Shown piece after piece: positions 39,329 through 48,979 of a stretch of DNA of 64,000 nt. The stretch's first letter is position 1. Each line of letters opens with the position of its first letter. This stretch comes from Truepera sp. Lineage in GTDB: Bacteria > Deinococcota > Deinococci > Deinococcales > Trueperaceae. A program made the translations under genes and the position numbers. The notes below the pieces were generated by a model that saw nothing but the letters and a program-made list of their open reading frames with translations, made no database searches and had not been told where the DNA came from. The stretch is taken from NCBI GenBank assembly GCA_965218435.1, contig CBDCKW010000009.1, forward strand, positions 960,001 through 1,024,000, read 5' to 3'.

Positions 39329-39385
39329 TACTACCATGCGTATGCTAGTAATACAAGGGGTGTAGCAGCTTGGGGTATGCTAGTA
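39329..39385. promoter_or_regulatory. Putative operator in a divergent promoter
   Basis: GTATGCTAGTA at 39340-39350 and 39375-39385; imperfect inverted copy TACTACCATGC at 39329-39339. Confidence 0.65.
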
Positions 39386-39392
39386 TAAAGAC

Positions 39393-39761
39393 ATGGTTAC
39401 TTGGAAACTACGCGAATACTTAGATGCTCATAAGGTCAGCGCCTACGCCCTGACAAAAGCAGCTGACCTAGCCCCCAACACCGTCTACGCGCTGGCGCGT
39501 GGCGACCAGGGCCGGGTAGACCTAGTTGTGTTGGATAAGGTCATTACTGGGCTTGAGCAGCTCACCGGGCAGACGGTCACGTTTAACGACCTACTCGAGC
39601 GCGATACCCAAGACGGCGGCGTGGCGGTTGACGATTCAGAATATGAGTTTCCCGACGGCGTACCCGACGATATACGTGAGCGCATAGAACGCTTTGAGCA
39701 GAGTGATAAAAGGGGTAAGCCGCTCCGAGAGATTGCGGCTAAGTACGGTGTGAAGCGTTGA
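39393..39761 (+). CDS. Cro/C1-type HTH regulator with an antitoxin-like C-terminus
   Basis: WKLREYL...SAYALTKAADLAPNTVYALARG...FNDLLE; acidic tail; overlaps relE. Confidence 0.8.
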   Translation: MVTWKLREYLDAHKVSAYALTKAADLAPNTVYALARGDQGRVDLVVLDKVITGLEQLTGQTVTFNDLLERDTQDGGVAVDDSEYEFPDGVPDDIRERIERFEQSDKRGKPLREIAAKYGVKR

Positions 39762-40066
39762 CCTATGAGGTTATTGTGTCGCCTCTAGCTGAAGCCGATT
39801 TAGACGCGATTACCGACATGCGAACCCGTAAAGCAGTCATTCGCAAAACTTTTGACCTTAGTACCGAACCCGACAAGCAAGGCAAGGCGCTAGGCAGAGA
39901 CTTAGGCGATTACCGCGTTGTCAGAGCCGCAGGGCAACGTTACCGAGTGGTGTATCAGATAGCGAGTCTCGAGGGTGTGGTGACGGTCGTGGTGGTGGGT
40001 ATCCGCAAGGAAGGCGACAAGAAAGACGTGTACCGAGTAGCTAGCAAACGGTTAGGAAAGGGGTAA
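39758..40066 (+). CDS. RelE/ParE-family toxin
   Basis: YEVIVSPLAEADL...GKAL...L.DYRVVRAAGQRYRVVY...VVVGIR. Confidence 0.9.
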   Translation: MTYEVIVSPLAEADLDAITDMRTRKAVIRKTFDLSTEPDKQGKALGRDLGDYRVVRAAGQRYRVVYQIASLEGVVTVVVVGIRKEGDKKDVYRVASKRLGKG

Positions 40067-40068
40067 AG

Positions 40069-41211
40069 ATGGCGCGTAAACGAGCAGACGGTGAGGGCAC
40101 AATTTCTAAACGACCTGACGGCACCTGGGAAGCTAAAATCAGCTTGGGTTACGACGGTGAGGGTAAACGGAAGCGCAAAACCGTTTACGGACGTACCCAG
40201 GGCGAAGTCCGTGAGAAGATCGAGGTACTTAAACAGCAGGTGTCTAGCGGCACTTACACCGACACAAAACTGACGATAGCGGCTTACCTCGAGCGTTGGC
40301 TAGGGGAGAAGAAGCGTACGCTAAAGCCCTCGACGCTCGAGCAGTACGAGAGCTGTATCAACCGCTCGATTGTGCCGATCATCGGGAGTGCCAAGCTCGA
40401 TAAACTTACCCCTTTGCAGGTGCAAAACCTCGTCAACGGGATATACGATGTTTCGGGAGCGGCAAGGGCGGCAAAGTGTCGAACGGTACTTTTCAGCGCC
40501 TATAAACAGGCAATCCGCTGGCAGCTTGTGACTCGTAACCCTGTAGAGGTGACCGAGCCCGTAAAAGAGCCGCACCGAGAAATGACCTTATGGGAGCCGG
40601 AACAGGCGGCACGGTTTCTCGATGTGGCAAGGGGACACCGGCTCTACGCTTTCTTTTATCTAGGCATGGCCACAGGGTTGCGTCGCGGTGAGTTGTTAGG
40701 GCTGCGCTGGATTGATATAGAAGAGAACCTTTTGCACGTCAAGCAAACGCTTGTGAAGGTGGGGAGTCAGCTCATCCTCTCGACGCCGAAAACCCGTAAG
40801 GGATTTCGCACCGTCGCCTTATCGCCGGACGTACTCGAGGTGCTTCTCTTGCACCGTCAGCGCCAGGACGCCGAGCGTGCTCTACTCGGCGATACCTGGA
40901 AACACCCTGAACTGGTTTTTACCTCCGAGGTCGGGACACCCCTGAACCCTGACAACCTCAAGCGAGTACGCGATTACCTCATGGAGAAAGCCGACGTGCC
41001 CCGTGTCCGCTTGCACGATCTGAGACACCTACACGCTTCCCTCGCAATCAAGGGCGGGATGGACGCCAAGGTGCTAGCCGACCGTCTGGGCCATAGCCGC
41101 GCGTCGTTTACGCTAGACCGCTATACGCACCTTTTTGAATCGCAGAGGGCGCAGAGCGCGGTGTCCTTGCTTGATTTCTTACCTAAGAGCGACCCCGACG
41201 TACTAAACTAA
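40069..41211 (+). CDS. int: Tyrosine recombinase (phage/ICE-type integrase)
   Basis: N-terminal arm-binding RADGEGTI...GTW; TGLRRGELLGL, HDLRH, RLGH, RYTH. Confidence 0.97.
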   Translation: MARKRADGEGTISKRPDGTWEAKISLGYDGEGKRKRKTVYGRTQGEVREKIEVLKQQVSSGTYTDTKLTIAAYLERWLGEKKRTLKPSTLEQYESCINRSIVPIIGSAKLDKLTPLQVQNLVNGIYDVSGAARAAKCRTVLFSAYKQAIRWQLVTRNPVEVTEPVKEPHREMTLWEPEQAARFLDVARGHRLYAFFYLGMATGLRRGELLGLRWIDIEENLLHVKQTLVKVGSQLILSTPKTRKGFRTVALSPDVLEVLLLHRQRQDAERALLGDTWKHPELVFTSEVGTPLNPDNLKRVRDYLMEKADVPRVRLHDLRHLHASLAIKGGMDAKVLADRLGHSRASFTLDRYTHLFESQRAQSAVSLLDFLPKSDPDVLN

Positions 41212-41216
41212 ATCTC

Positions 41217-41239
41217 GTGGTCTTAAATTGGTCTTAAAT
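41217..41239 (+). repeat. Putative integrase arm-type site (TGGTCTTAAAT x2)
   Basis: Same 23-mer as 15925-15947. Confidence 0.8.
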
Positions 41240-41253
41240 GCCATTCAAAGAAG

Positions 41254-41275
41254 AAACCCCGCTTATTGCGGGGTT
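41254..41275. terminator. Hairpin between int and tRNA-Val
   Basis: AACCCCGC-TTATT-GCGGGGTT. Confidence 0.65.
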
Positions 41276-41307
41276 CTCGCTTTTGCTGTCTCTCGCGACT
41301 TTTCTTT

Positions 41308-41382
41308 TGGTAGGCGCGGGCAGGATTGAACTGCCGACCTCTACAGTGTCAATGTAGCGCTCTCCCACTGAGCTACGCGCCT
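41308..41382 (-). tRNA. tRNA-Val(GAC)
   Basis: Cloverleaf AGGCGCG...CTACA-TTGACAC-TGTAG...GTTCAAT...CCA. Confidence 0.97.
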
Positions 41383-41404
41383 ATGTCCCTTCAAAGCGAG
41401 GTGC

Positions 41405-41478
<74 letters not shown>

Positions 41479-41694
41479 AGGAACTAGAGCCTATCACGGG
41501 CGCTAAAAACGTGTCAATGACATTTCAAATCAGGTGGTTCTAAAAAATTGGGTTTTTGGTGAAAAGTCAGCTCGAGCCCAATCTGTCCTTTACCGCTCGA
41601 GCCTTGAGGCGCAGCAAAATACTTCGGGACGCCTCTATAAAAAACCCTCAGCTGCCAAAAGCTGAGGGTTACGAGTCCAAGTTTGGCTACAGCG

Positions 41695-42345
41695 TTACGA
41701 TTTTTTCTCGTCGTCTGAACTGCTTTGGGTTTCGTCCTCCCCAACCGGCTCGCCGGACTCTGCGACCGGTGTTGGTTCTTCTGTTTCGGTAAGCTCGAGC
41801 CCAGCCGGAACAGGTTCACCTGAATCGGCGACGGGTTCACTCGGGGACGAGCTGACTTCGGGGGGTATTCCCAAGGGGCTGACGGGTTCGCCGGAGGCCG
41901 TAACCGGCGGTGTTGTAATCGGGGCCGCCGCCGGTGGTATTCCCGCCGGTTTCCCGCTCGCGGCGTCGGAGTCGGTGTTTGACGACACGATGACGCTGCG
42001 CGAGCTGCCCGTCTGGGCTTGTGTTTGAGAATTTTGGGCCTGGGGACCTGCCGCAGGTGCTCCGCTACTACGTGGACCGCTGACGACCGGCTCACGCGTG
42101 GGCGCTTCGGCGCGTCTTTGGTTTTGGCGTTGCAGCAGCCTGAAGAGCGCGTACACTGCGGCTAAAATCACGACTATCGGAATAATCCAGCGCAAGAGCC
42201 ACCAGAGGATTCCGGCAATCCACATAAAGAGCAGCCCGACCAGGCTGATCAGCCAACCGACGAGCCAGATGACTCCGGTGGCGACTAAAAGGGCGATAAC
42301 GGCAAAAACGACGAGTTCGACAATCTCTTGAATAGAGCGTTTCAT
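41695..42345 (-). CDS. Membrane protein with a low-complexity acidic tail
   Basis: N-terminal hydrophobic helices; P/S/E-rich C-terminus. Confidence 0.75.
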   Translation of the reverse strand: MKRSIQEIVELVVFAVIALLVATGVIWLVGWLISLVGLLFMWIAGILWWLLRWIIPIVVILAAVYALFRLLQRQNQRRAEAPTREPVVSGPRSSGAPAAGPQAQNSQTQAQTGSSRSVIVSSNTDSDAASGKPAGIPPAAAPITTPPVTASGEPVSPLGIPPEVSSSPSEPVADSGEPVPAGLELTETEEPTPVAESGEPVGEDETQSSSDDEKKS

Positions 42346-42512
42346 ATGCAGGTGAGTATAGCAAGAAGTTCCGCTACCGTTTAGGAATGTGCCCCCAAAT
42401 TGTAAGCTGGCTCAGGTTATAAGGTTTTTTGCATTTTTTCTCACCTTTTCAGTGACCTATCCTCGTCTTTTCGGCTAGGGTTTTAGGAGATCGGCGCGGT
42501 AGACTGGCCTAC

Positions 42513-43796
42513 GTGCTACTTAAGCTGGAAAAAATGGTTCATGGTGGAGCCGCGCTCGCTCGCCTTGCTGACGGGCGAGTTGCGCTTGTTCGGGGCGGCC
42601 TTCCGGGTGAACGGGTCAAGGCCGAGGTCCGGGAGCGTGCCGGGGTGTTGCAGGGTGTCGTAACCGAAGTCGTTGACGCGAGTCCGCACCGCGCTACATC
42701 TGCCGGGAGACTACATCCCGGACTCGATTACAGCCACAGCAGTTACGGCTACCAACTCGAGCTTAAACGCAGCGTTGCTGAAGATGCGCGCTCGAGGGCG
42801 CTTAAACCCAGTGCCCAAGCGTCCGGAGTAGGGCCTGGCGTGCCGGTTTCTCCGGTCATTGCCGCACCTGAACCATGGGGCTACCGCAGCGCGGTACAAC
42901 CTGCAGTCTCTCGCACGGGTTTAGAAGCGGGTACAGCAACCGCTCTCGGCTATAGGCAACCGCAGACGGACACCTTTGTCCCGCTGGGGGGTGACCCGAC
43001 CGCCAACGCGGGCCTTAACCGGGTGTGGATACGCCTGCAGGAAGAAGGCTTACCCAAAGGTGTCCGTGAACTCGCCCTGCGTGGGAACGACGTGGGCGAA
43101 GTGCTCGTCTGCTTGATTGCAAGCGCGTCGGCAAAAAACTATCTGGACGCAGCGCATAGACTTCTGGGTAACGGCATTGTCGGCGTGTCTTACGCGCAGT
43201 ACGACCCGCGTGGGCGATTTCGCGGTGGGTCGGAGCGGCTTGCCGGAGCGCGGAGCATCACGCAGCGTTACGGCGACTTTGACCTGACGGTAAGCGCGAC
43301 GAGCTTCGCGCAACCCAATCCGGCGGCGGCTTCACAGCTCTACAGTGAGCTGACTCGTTGGGCCGGTGCAGGAGCGCACGCCCTCGACCTCTACGCGGGG
43401 AGCGGCATCATCGGGTTGCATCTGGCTAAAGGATTTGGGCAAGTCACGGCGCTAGAGCTCGACCGTAGCAGCGTCATTCGGGGAGCGCACGACGCGACGC
43501 GTCTAGGCGTTGACAATCTGTCGTTTATTCACGCGGACGCCCGCAAGCTCTCGGCCTTGCCGGACGCTGAGCTTATCACCGTAGACCCGCCCAGGGCCGG
43601 ACTCGCTAAGGCGGCGCGGCAGGCCGTCACCGCGTCTAAAGCGGCGCGGCTCATCTACGTCTCGTGTGACGTCGCAACGTGGGCTAGAGACGTCGCTGAA
43701 TTTGTGGCGGCGGGCTGGCGGTTAGGGCGAGCACAACCGTTTGACTTTTACCCACAGACGCACCACATCGAGATGCTGTCACTGCTGACACGCTGA
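42513..43796 (+). CDS. RNA m5U methyltransferase (RlmD/TrmA family)
   Basis: TRAM-like N-terminus, SFAQPN, LDLYAGSG, VDPPRAG, YVSCD, FYPQTHHIE. Confidence 0.92.
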   Translation: MLLKLEKMVHGGAALARLADGRVALVRGGLPGERVKAEVRERAGVLQGVVTEVVDASPHRATSAGRLHPGLDYSHSSYGYQLELKRSVAEDARSRALKPSAQASGVGPGVPVSPVIAAPEPWGYRSAVQPAVSRTGLEAGTATALGYRQPQTDTFVPLGGDPTANAGLNRVWIRLQEEGLPKGVRELALRGNDVGEVLVCLIASASAKNYLDAAHRLLGNGIVGVSYAQYDPRGRFRGGSERLAGARSITQRYGDFDLTVSATSFAQPNPAAASQLYSELTRWAGAGAHALDLYAGSGIIGLHLAKGFGQVTALELDRSSVIRGAHDATRLGVDNLSFIHADARKLSALPDAELITVDPPRAGLAKAARQAVTASKAARLIYVSCDVATWARDVAEFVAAGWRLGRAQPFDFYPQTHHIEMLSLLTR

Positions 43797-43872
43797 GCAA
43801 CCGCTTTGATGAGAAGTTGGTTATACTCACTCCGTGAGCCGCATGTAGATCACGAGTTCTCAGAGGGTGTAA

Positions 43873-44319
43873 ATGCAAAAACGTCTGCTGTGCGTATCTT
43901 TGGTTTTAGGCTTGAGCGTCGTTCAGGCGCAGCAATTTTACTTGGGTGCCGGGGGTGCGCCAACGACGTGGGCCGATGCAGAAACACCTTTTTTGCACCT
44001 TCAGGCGGGCGTTATTCAGGACGGGCTCGAGATGCGTCTCGGATTTACGACCAATCTGGCTTTTGGAGGAGCCTACGCCTCTTACGCCGGAGCCGATTTG
44101 CTCGGCACGTTCCCGCTTTTTGAGGGTGCGGCGCGTGGTTACGCTGGAGGCGGTTTGGGGTTCAGCTCAGCTTTTGCACGTAGCACCTTGGCACTCGAGG
44201 CCGTTCTGGGCGGCGAATACCGTACCGGGCCGGTCGCTTTGTTTGCTGATATAGGCGCACTGGTTTTTCTACCGTTTCCTTTCCCGCAAGCTCGAGCGGG
44301 CGTCAACATCTATTTTTAG
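43873..44319 (+). CDS. Secreted or outer-membrane beta-strand protein
   Basis: Signal peptide, YAGGG motif, C-terminal ...NIYF. Confidence 0.7.
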   Translation: MQKRLLCVSLVLGLSVVQAQQFYLGAGGAPTTWADAETPFLHLQAGVIQDGLEMRLGFTTNLAFGGAYASYAGADLLGTFPLFEGAARGYAGGGLGFSSAFARSTLALEAVLGGEYRTGPVALFADIGALVFLPFPFPQARAGVNIYF

Positions 44320-44357
44320 AACTGCCTATCACCGATTATCTCTGTGTGGAGGAAACT

Positions 44358-44729
44358 ATGGGAAGTACCGTTCGTGCCAATGATACGCTGCAAATTACGG
44401 CGAGTCAGGGTTTTCCCGAAGAGCTTGACATTAAACGTCACCGGAAGTCGCCCCTGAACGCTGCACAGTTTGAGAACCGGACGTTTTCTTTTTGGGGCAA
44501 AGAAGAAATCAGAAACTTTCAGCAGCCGCCCGTAAAAAACTTTTTGGTCGAAAACCGTCAAGGTAAACATATTTACTGGGGTCTTATCACCGTGCTTACC
44601 GTAAAACACGATTACGTGGGCAAGGTAACAGCAGGTCGTTACCAAATCCACACGCTCTACACCTATGAGGAGATGAAACTAGCTGCCCGAATGTCGGGGC
44701 TGGACCCTCAGCTTGACTACTTCTTATGA
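44358..44729 (+). CDS. Hypothetical protein
   Basis: GGAGG RBS; NDTLQIT..QGFP motif. Confidence 0.7.
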   Translation: MGSTVRANDTLQITASQGFPEELDIKRHRKSPLNAAQFENRTFSFWGKEEIRNFQQPPVKNFLVENRQGKHIYWGLITVLTVKHDYVGKVTAGRYQIHTLYTYEEMKLAARMSGLDPQLDYFL

Positions 44730-44790
44730 GCTTGTATACAGAAGCCGCTATCAACGTCTACTTTAGCGTTCAGGGCGTAAACTTATAAGC

Positions 44791-45570
44791 GTGTTAGCCA
44801 AACGCATCATCCCCTGCCTCGACGTTCACGACGGCCGCACCACCCGTGGTCAACAGTTTGGCCGCGCCGAAGCGGGCGAACTAAGAGACGTCGGTGACCC
44901 CGTAGCTTTAGCCTTGCAATACGATGAGCAGGGTGCCGACGAACTCGTTTTTTACGATATAACCGCGACCTCTGAGGGCCGCAGCGCGATTTTGGACATC
45001 ATCACCCGCACCGCTGAGATGTGCTTTATGCCGCTGACGGTCGGCGGCGGCGTGAGGACGCTTCGTGATTTTCGTACGCTCTTTTTGGCTGGGGCCGACA
45101 AGGTTTCGATCAATTCGGGCGCGGTGTCCAATCCTGAGGTTGTCCGCGAAGCTGCCGAGCACTACGGCTCACAGGCGGTGGTGTTTTCTATTGACGCTAA
45201 AAAACGCACGGACGGCTCTGGTTGGGACGTGTACGTTGCCGGTGGGCGCAAAAATACGGGGCTAGATGTACTCGAGTGGGCCGTGCGTGGTCAGGAGCTT
45301 GGGGCAGGGGAGATCGTCCTAAACAGTATGGACGCCGACGGGATGAAAACGGGGTATGACTTGGGGGCGACGCGGGCGGTGGCCAGGGCCGTAGACATCC
45401 CGGTCATCGCCTCGGGTGGAGCCGGAAACGCAGCGCATATGCGCGACGTGCTCCGTGACGCTGAAGCGGACGCGGCGCTCGCGGCAGGTATCTTTCACAG
45501 TGGTCAGACGACGGTCGGTGAGGTTAAACAGCTGTTGGCAGACGCAGGCGTTCATGTGAGGCTCGTCTAG
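44791..45570 (+). CDS. hisF: Imidazole glycerol phosphate synthase cyclase subunit
   Basis: [43 protein letters not shown]. Confidence 0.97.
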   Translation: MLAKRIIPCLDVHDGRTTRGQQFGRAEAGELRDVGDPVALALQYDEQGADELVFYDITATSEGRSAILDIITRTAEMCFMPLTVGGGVRTLRDFRTLFLAGADKVSINSGAVSNPEVVREAAEHYGSQAVVFSIDAKKRTDGSGWDVYVAGGRKNTGLDVLEWAVRGQELGAGEIVLNSMDADGMKTGYDLGATRAVARAVDIPVIASGGAGNAAHMRDVLRDAEADAALAAGIFHSGQTTVGEVKQLLADAGVHVRLV

Positions 45571-46706
45571 TGGGGGAGAAGAACTGGAAGCTCGAGACCG
45601 TAGCCGTCCACGCAGGCGCAGAGGTAGACCCCACAACCGGGGCCGTCACGCCGCCGATTCACCTGACGACGACCTTTGAACGCAACGCTGACGGGAGCTA
45701 TCCGCACGGGTACATCTACAGCCGCACCGACAACCCGAACCGGCGGGCGTTAGAAGGTGCGCTGGCAGTGCTCGAGGGCGGGGAAGCCGCCGCCTGTTTC
45801 GCCTCAGGTTCGGCGGCAGCGGCAGCTATTTTCCGTACCCTCCGCCCCGGCGACCATGTGTTAGCCCCGGATGACCTCTATCACGGCATTACCAAGCTCT
45901 TAAAACTGGTCTTCGTCCCGTGGGGTCTCGAGGTTGACTTTGTAGACACGTCCGACGTTGACACCGTAAAAAAAGCGTGGCGGGATACCAAGCTGCTCTG
46001 GCTCGAGACCCCCTCCAATCCGCTTCTAAAAATCAGCGATGTCGCAGCCCTGTCCGAGCTGGCCCATAGCCGGGGCGCACTTGTGGCGTGTGACGCCACC
46101 TGGACCCCGCCGACGGTGCAGCGTTCGCTCGACCTGGGTGCAGACTTAGTGCTGCACTCGACGACCAAATATCTGGCCGGTCACTCGGACGTGCTGGGCG
46201 GCGCAGTCATTGCCAAACGTGCTGCGGGCGTCTTTGAGAGGGTTCGGACGGTGCAAAACCTCGAGGGTGCCGTCCCCTCACCCTTCGACTGTTGGCTCGT
46301 CCTCCGAAGTTTACGCACCCTGCCGTACCGGATGCGGGGGCATTCTGAGAATGCCGGGAAGGTCGCCGCGTTTTTAGCCGCGCAGCCCCAGGTCGAACGC
46401 GTGTACTATCCGGGGCACGAGTCGCATCCGAACCATGACGTGGCAGTACGTCAGATGCTTTCGTTTGGAGGGATGCTCTCGTTTGAGGTCGGCGGCGGCG
46501 AAGCGGCGGCGATGCAAGTTGCGGCGAACGTGCAACTTTTTACCCGTGGCACGAGTTTGGGCGGCGTGGAGAGTTTGCTCGAGCACCGCGCCAGCATCGA
46601 AGGACCGGAGAGCCGGACGCCCAAAGGGTTGTTGCGGGTGTCGGTGGGGCTCGAGCATCCTGATGATTTGATTGCAGATTTAGCGCAGGCGTTAGCGCAA
46701 GGATGA
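45570..46706 (+). CDS. Cystathionine gamma-synthase/lyase family PLP enzyme
   Basis: YSRTDNP, ETPSNP, HSTTKYLAGHSD, SLGGVESL. Confidence 0.93.
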   Translation: MGEKNWKLETVAVHAGAEVDPTTGAVTPPIHLTTTFERNADGSYPHGYIYSRTDNPNRRALEGALAVLEGGEAAACFASGSAAAAAIFRTLRPGDHVLAPDDLYHGITKLLKLVFVPWGLEVDFVDTSDVDTVKKAWRDTKLLWLETPSNPLLKISDVAALSELAHSRGALVACDATWTPPTVQRSLDLGADLVLHSTTKYLAGHSDVLGGAVIAKRAAGVFERVRTVQNLEGAVPSPFDCWLVLRSLRTLPYRMRGHSENAGKVAAFLAAQPQVERVYYPGHESHPNHDVAVRQMLSFGGMLSFEVGGGEAAAMQVAANVQLFTRGTSLGGVESLLEHRASIEGPESRTPKGLLRVSVGLEHPDDLIADLAQALAQG

Positions 46707-47443
46707 GGGAGTACGACTTTGCTGCGGATTACGACGCACAGTACAGCGCAGCCTACGACCCTGAGATCCGTACCCTGACCGAGTTGGCGAAGGAGCAGGG
46801 TGGCGGGGTTCTCGACCTCTGCTGCGGCACCGGCATCGTGACGATCCCGCTGGCAGAAACCGGGCTCGAGGTCGTCGGGGTAGATATCTCGGAAGCGATG
46901 TTGGCGCAGGCGCAGGCTAAAGCCAAAGGTCGGCAAAACCTGATGTTCTACCTGCAAGATGCGCTCGAGTTCAGTACCTCACAGCGTTTTGGGCTCACCT
47001 TGATGACCGGGAACGCCTTTCAGTGCTTTCTGACAGACAAAGACCTAATCACGCTTTTTGCCAAGGTTTACGCCCTCCTTAGTCCGGGCGGCATGTTTAT
47101 CTTCGATACACGGTTACCTGAAGGGTATGACCTTACGCTGAATGACTTTGAGCTTTGGAGTGAGTACCATGACGCAGCCGGAAACTCTGTCCGTTGGCTC
47201 GTTAAACAAGCCGCTTACGACGCCGAGCATGGCGTCTTGCGTTATGAGATGAAAGAGGTCTACGACGACGGTACGGAGCGGCCCTCGAGTGAAGCCCTCA
47301 AATTTACGTCACTCGAGGCGCTCCTCATCCTGGCTCAAAACGCGGGCTTTGAGGTCGTCGGGCAGTACGAAAACTGGAACCGGGAGCCACTTGGAGAAAA
47401 CCCGGCGGCAGCGGTGCTCGAGCTAAAAAAGCTAACCCGGTAA
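46703..47443 (+). CDS. Class I SAM-dependent methyltransferase
   Basis: VLDLCCGTG, GVDISEAML. Confidence 0.9.
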   Translation: MREYDFAADYDAQYSAAYDPEIRTLTELAKEQGGGVLDLCCGTGIVTIPLAETGLEVVGVDISEAMLAQAQAKAKGRQNLMFYLQDALEFSTSQRFGLTLMTGNAFQCFLTDKDLITLFAKVYALLSPGGMFIFDTRLPEGYDLTLNDFELWSEYHDAAGNSVRWLVKQAAYDAEHGVLRYEMKEVYDDGTERPSSEALKFTSLEALLILAQNAGFEVVGQYENWNREPLGENPAAAVLELKKLTR

Positions 47444-47451
47444 AAGCTGGA

Positions 47452-48219
47452 CTAATGCGGTTTTAGGGCTCGAGTCACCAGCAAAACGGCTAAATAATCG
47501 TCAACCGGTTTGCCCGGAAAGCGGTCTTCGTAAAAGCCGGTCAGCACAAACCCTGCTGCCAACTGTCCGCCGATGAGGTCATCTAAGGTGTGGCCAAACT
47601 CGAGCGCTTGCCCCTCACTAAAACGCCCTTGCTGCTCGTCCGGGTTTAAGTTCTCCAGGTCAGAATAAGGAATCTTGTGCCGAACGACGAGTCGGTCATC
47701 TTCACTCTCGTCATCGAGCGCGTAGAGCACCGGATTGACCATCCCGGCAAGCAAGAGACCGCCGGGGCGCAAAACCCGGTACGCTTCACGCCACACCGGG
47801 TTCACGTCGGGGACAAAACAGTTTGAAATCGGATGGACGATGGTGTCAAAGCTGGCGTCGGCAAAAGCTGACAGGTCGGTCATGCTGCCCTGAACAGTTT
47901 GGAGCTCGAGCCCGTCTCTCTCAGCGACCAACCGGTCTTGGGCGAGCTGTTCATCGGAGAGGTCAAACACTGTAACGCGTGCGCCTGTGACGGCTAACAA
48001 CGGACCTTGTTGCCCACCGCCGGACGCTAAATAGAGCACGTCACGTTCCGCCACCTCTAACCAAGCATTTGGAACGGGACGCCCCGGTGTCAGGCGTATC
48101 TGCCACTCGCCGCGTTTGGCCGCTGCGACTTGTTCGGAGGTTACAGGCTGCGTGTAGGGACTTGTACCCTCTGTTACGCGCCGATTCCACGCTTGGCGGT
48201 TGATGCCTGATACATTCAT
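47452..48219 (-). CDS. Class I SAM-dependent methyltransferase
   Basis: [25 protein letters not shown]. Confidence 0.9.
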   Translation of the reverse strand: MNVSGINRQAWNRRVTEGTSPYTQPVTSEQVAAAKRGEWQIRLTPGRPVPNAWLEVAERDVLYLASGGGQQGPLLAVTGARVTVFDLSDEQLAQDRLVAERDGLELQTVQGSMTDLSAFADASFDTIVHPISNCFVPDVNPVWREAYRVLRPGGLLLAGMVNPVLYALDDESEDDRLVVRHKIPYSDLENLNPDEQQGRFSEGQALEFGHTLDDLIGGQLAAGFVLTGFYEDRFPGKPVDDYLAVLLVTRALKPH

Positions 48220-48322
48220 AACGTTGAGTTTACCGTTTAACGCGTCTCGAGCCGAATTTAATCCAAAAGTGGTTGAACAAACGCGCTTGTCAAGCGCCTC
48301 CTCACCGCTTAAGCTGCGCTTA

Positions 48323-48976
48323 GTGTCACGTCAACAGGTTTTGGAAACGGTCGCTACATATATCTTGAACGTGTCTTCGCCTTTTGTTCTCCGCGTCGCC
48401 ATTGACGGCGTAGACGGTGCGGGAAAAACGTATTTTGCCGATGAGCTGGGGCCACGTTTAGCAAAATCTAGACGAGATGTGATTCGCGCCTCGGTAGACG
48501 GCTTTCATCATCCTAAAGAGATACGTTATCGGCTGGGACGCGGCTCACCCGAAGGCTATTACCACGACGCTTACGATTACAAAACGTTCAAAGAGGTTCT
48601 ACTAAACCCGCTCAGCCCCAGTGGGTCAGGATGCTACCGCACAGCCGTTCACGACGTTGACGCTGAAATGCCTGTTTCGGTGCCTGAACGACGAGCGGAA
48701 CCCGGTGCAATCTTGCTCCTCGACGGAATATTCCTGCACCGCCCGGAGTTGCGCGACTATTGGGACATGTCCGTGTGGCTCGAGGTTCCTTTCAGCGTTT
48801 CCGTCCCACGGATGGCGCAGCGTGACGACAATTCACCTACCCCGGATGCCCCGGAACATCGGCGCTACATCGAGGGTCAAAAGCTCTATCTAGCTGAGAG
48901 TACGCCACAACGTCACGCGACGTTTACCGTTGACAACCGTGACCTACACGCCCCCTTCGTCGTCGGCAAAGATTAG
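48323..48976 (+). CDS. Uridine kinase-like P-loop protein
   Basis: [28 protein letters not shown]; start uncertain. Confidence 0.85.
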   Translation: MSRQQVLETVATYILNVSSPFVLRVAIDGVDGAGKTYFADELGPRLAKSRRDVIRASVDGFHHPKEIRYRLGRGSPEGYYHDAYDYKTFKEVLLNPLSPSGSGCYRTAVHDVDAEMPVSVPERRAEPGAILLLDGIFLHRPELRDYWDMSVWLEVPFSVSVPRMAQRDDNSPTPDAPEHRRYIEGQKLYLAESTPQRHATFTVDNRDLHAPFVVGKD

Positions 48977-48979
48977 AGC

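Larger units (their letters stand above)
15754..41352. mobile_element. ~25.5-kb integrative element (genomic island, satellite/IME-like) in tRNA-Val(GAC)
   Basis: att direct repeats, tyrosine integrase next to the tRNA, arm-type repeats at both ends, Xis-primase-DUF3987 module, RM/TA cargo. Confidence 0.95.

Noticed and set aside
15754..41352. Intact prophage or ICE
   Set aside because: No structural, terminase, lysis, relaxase or T4SS genes recognised
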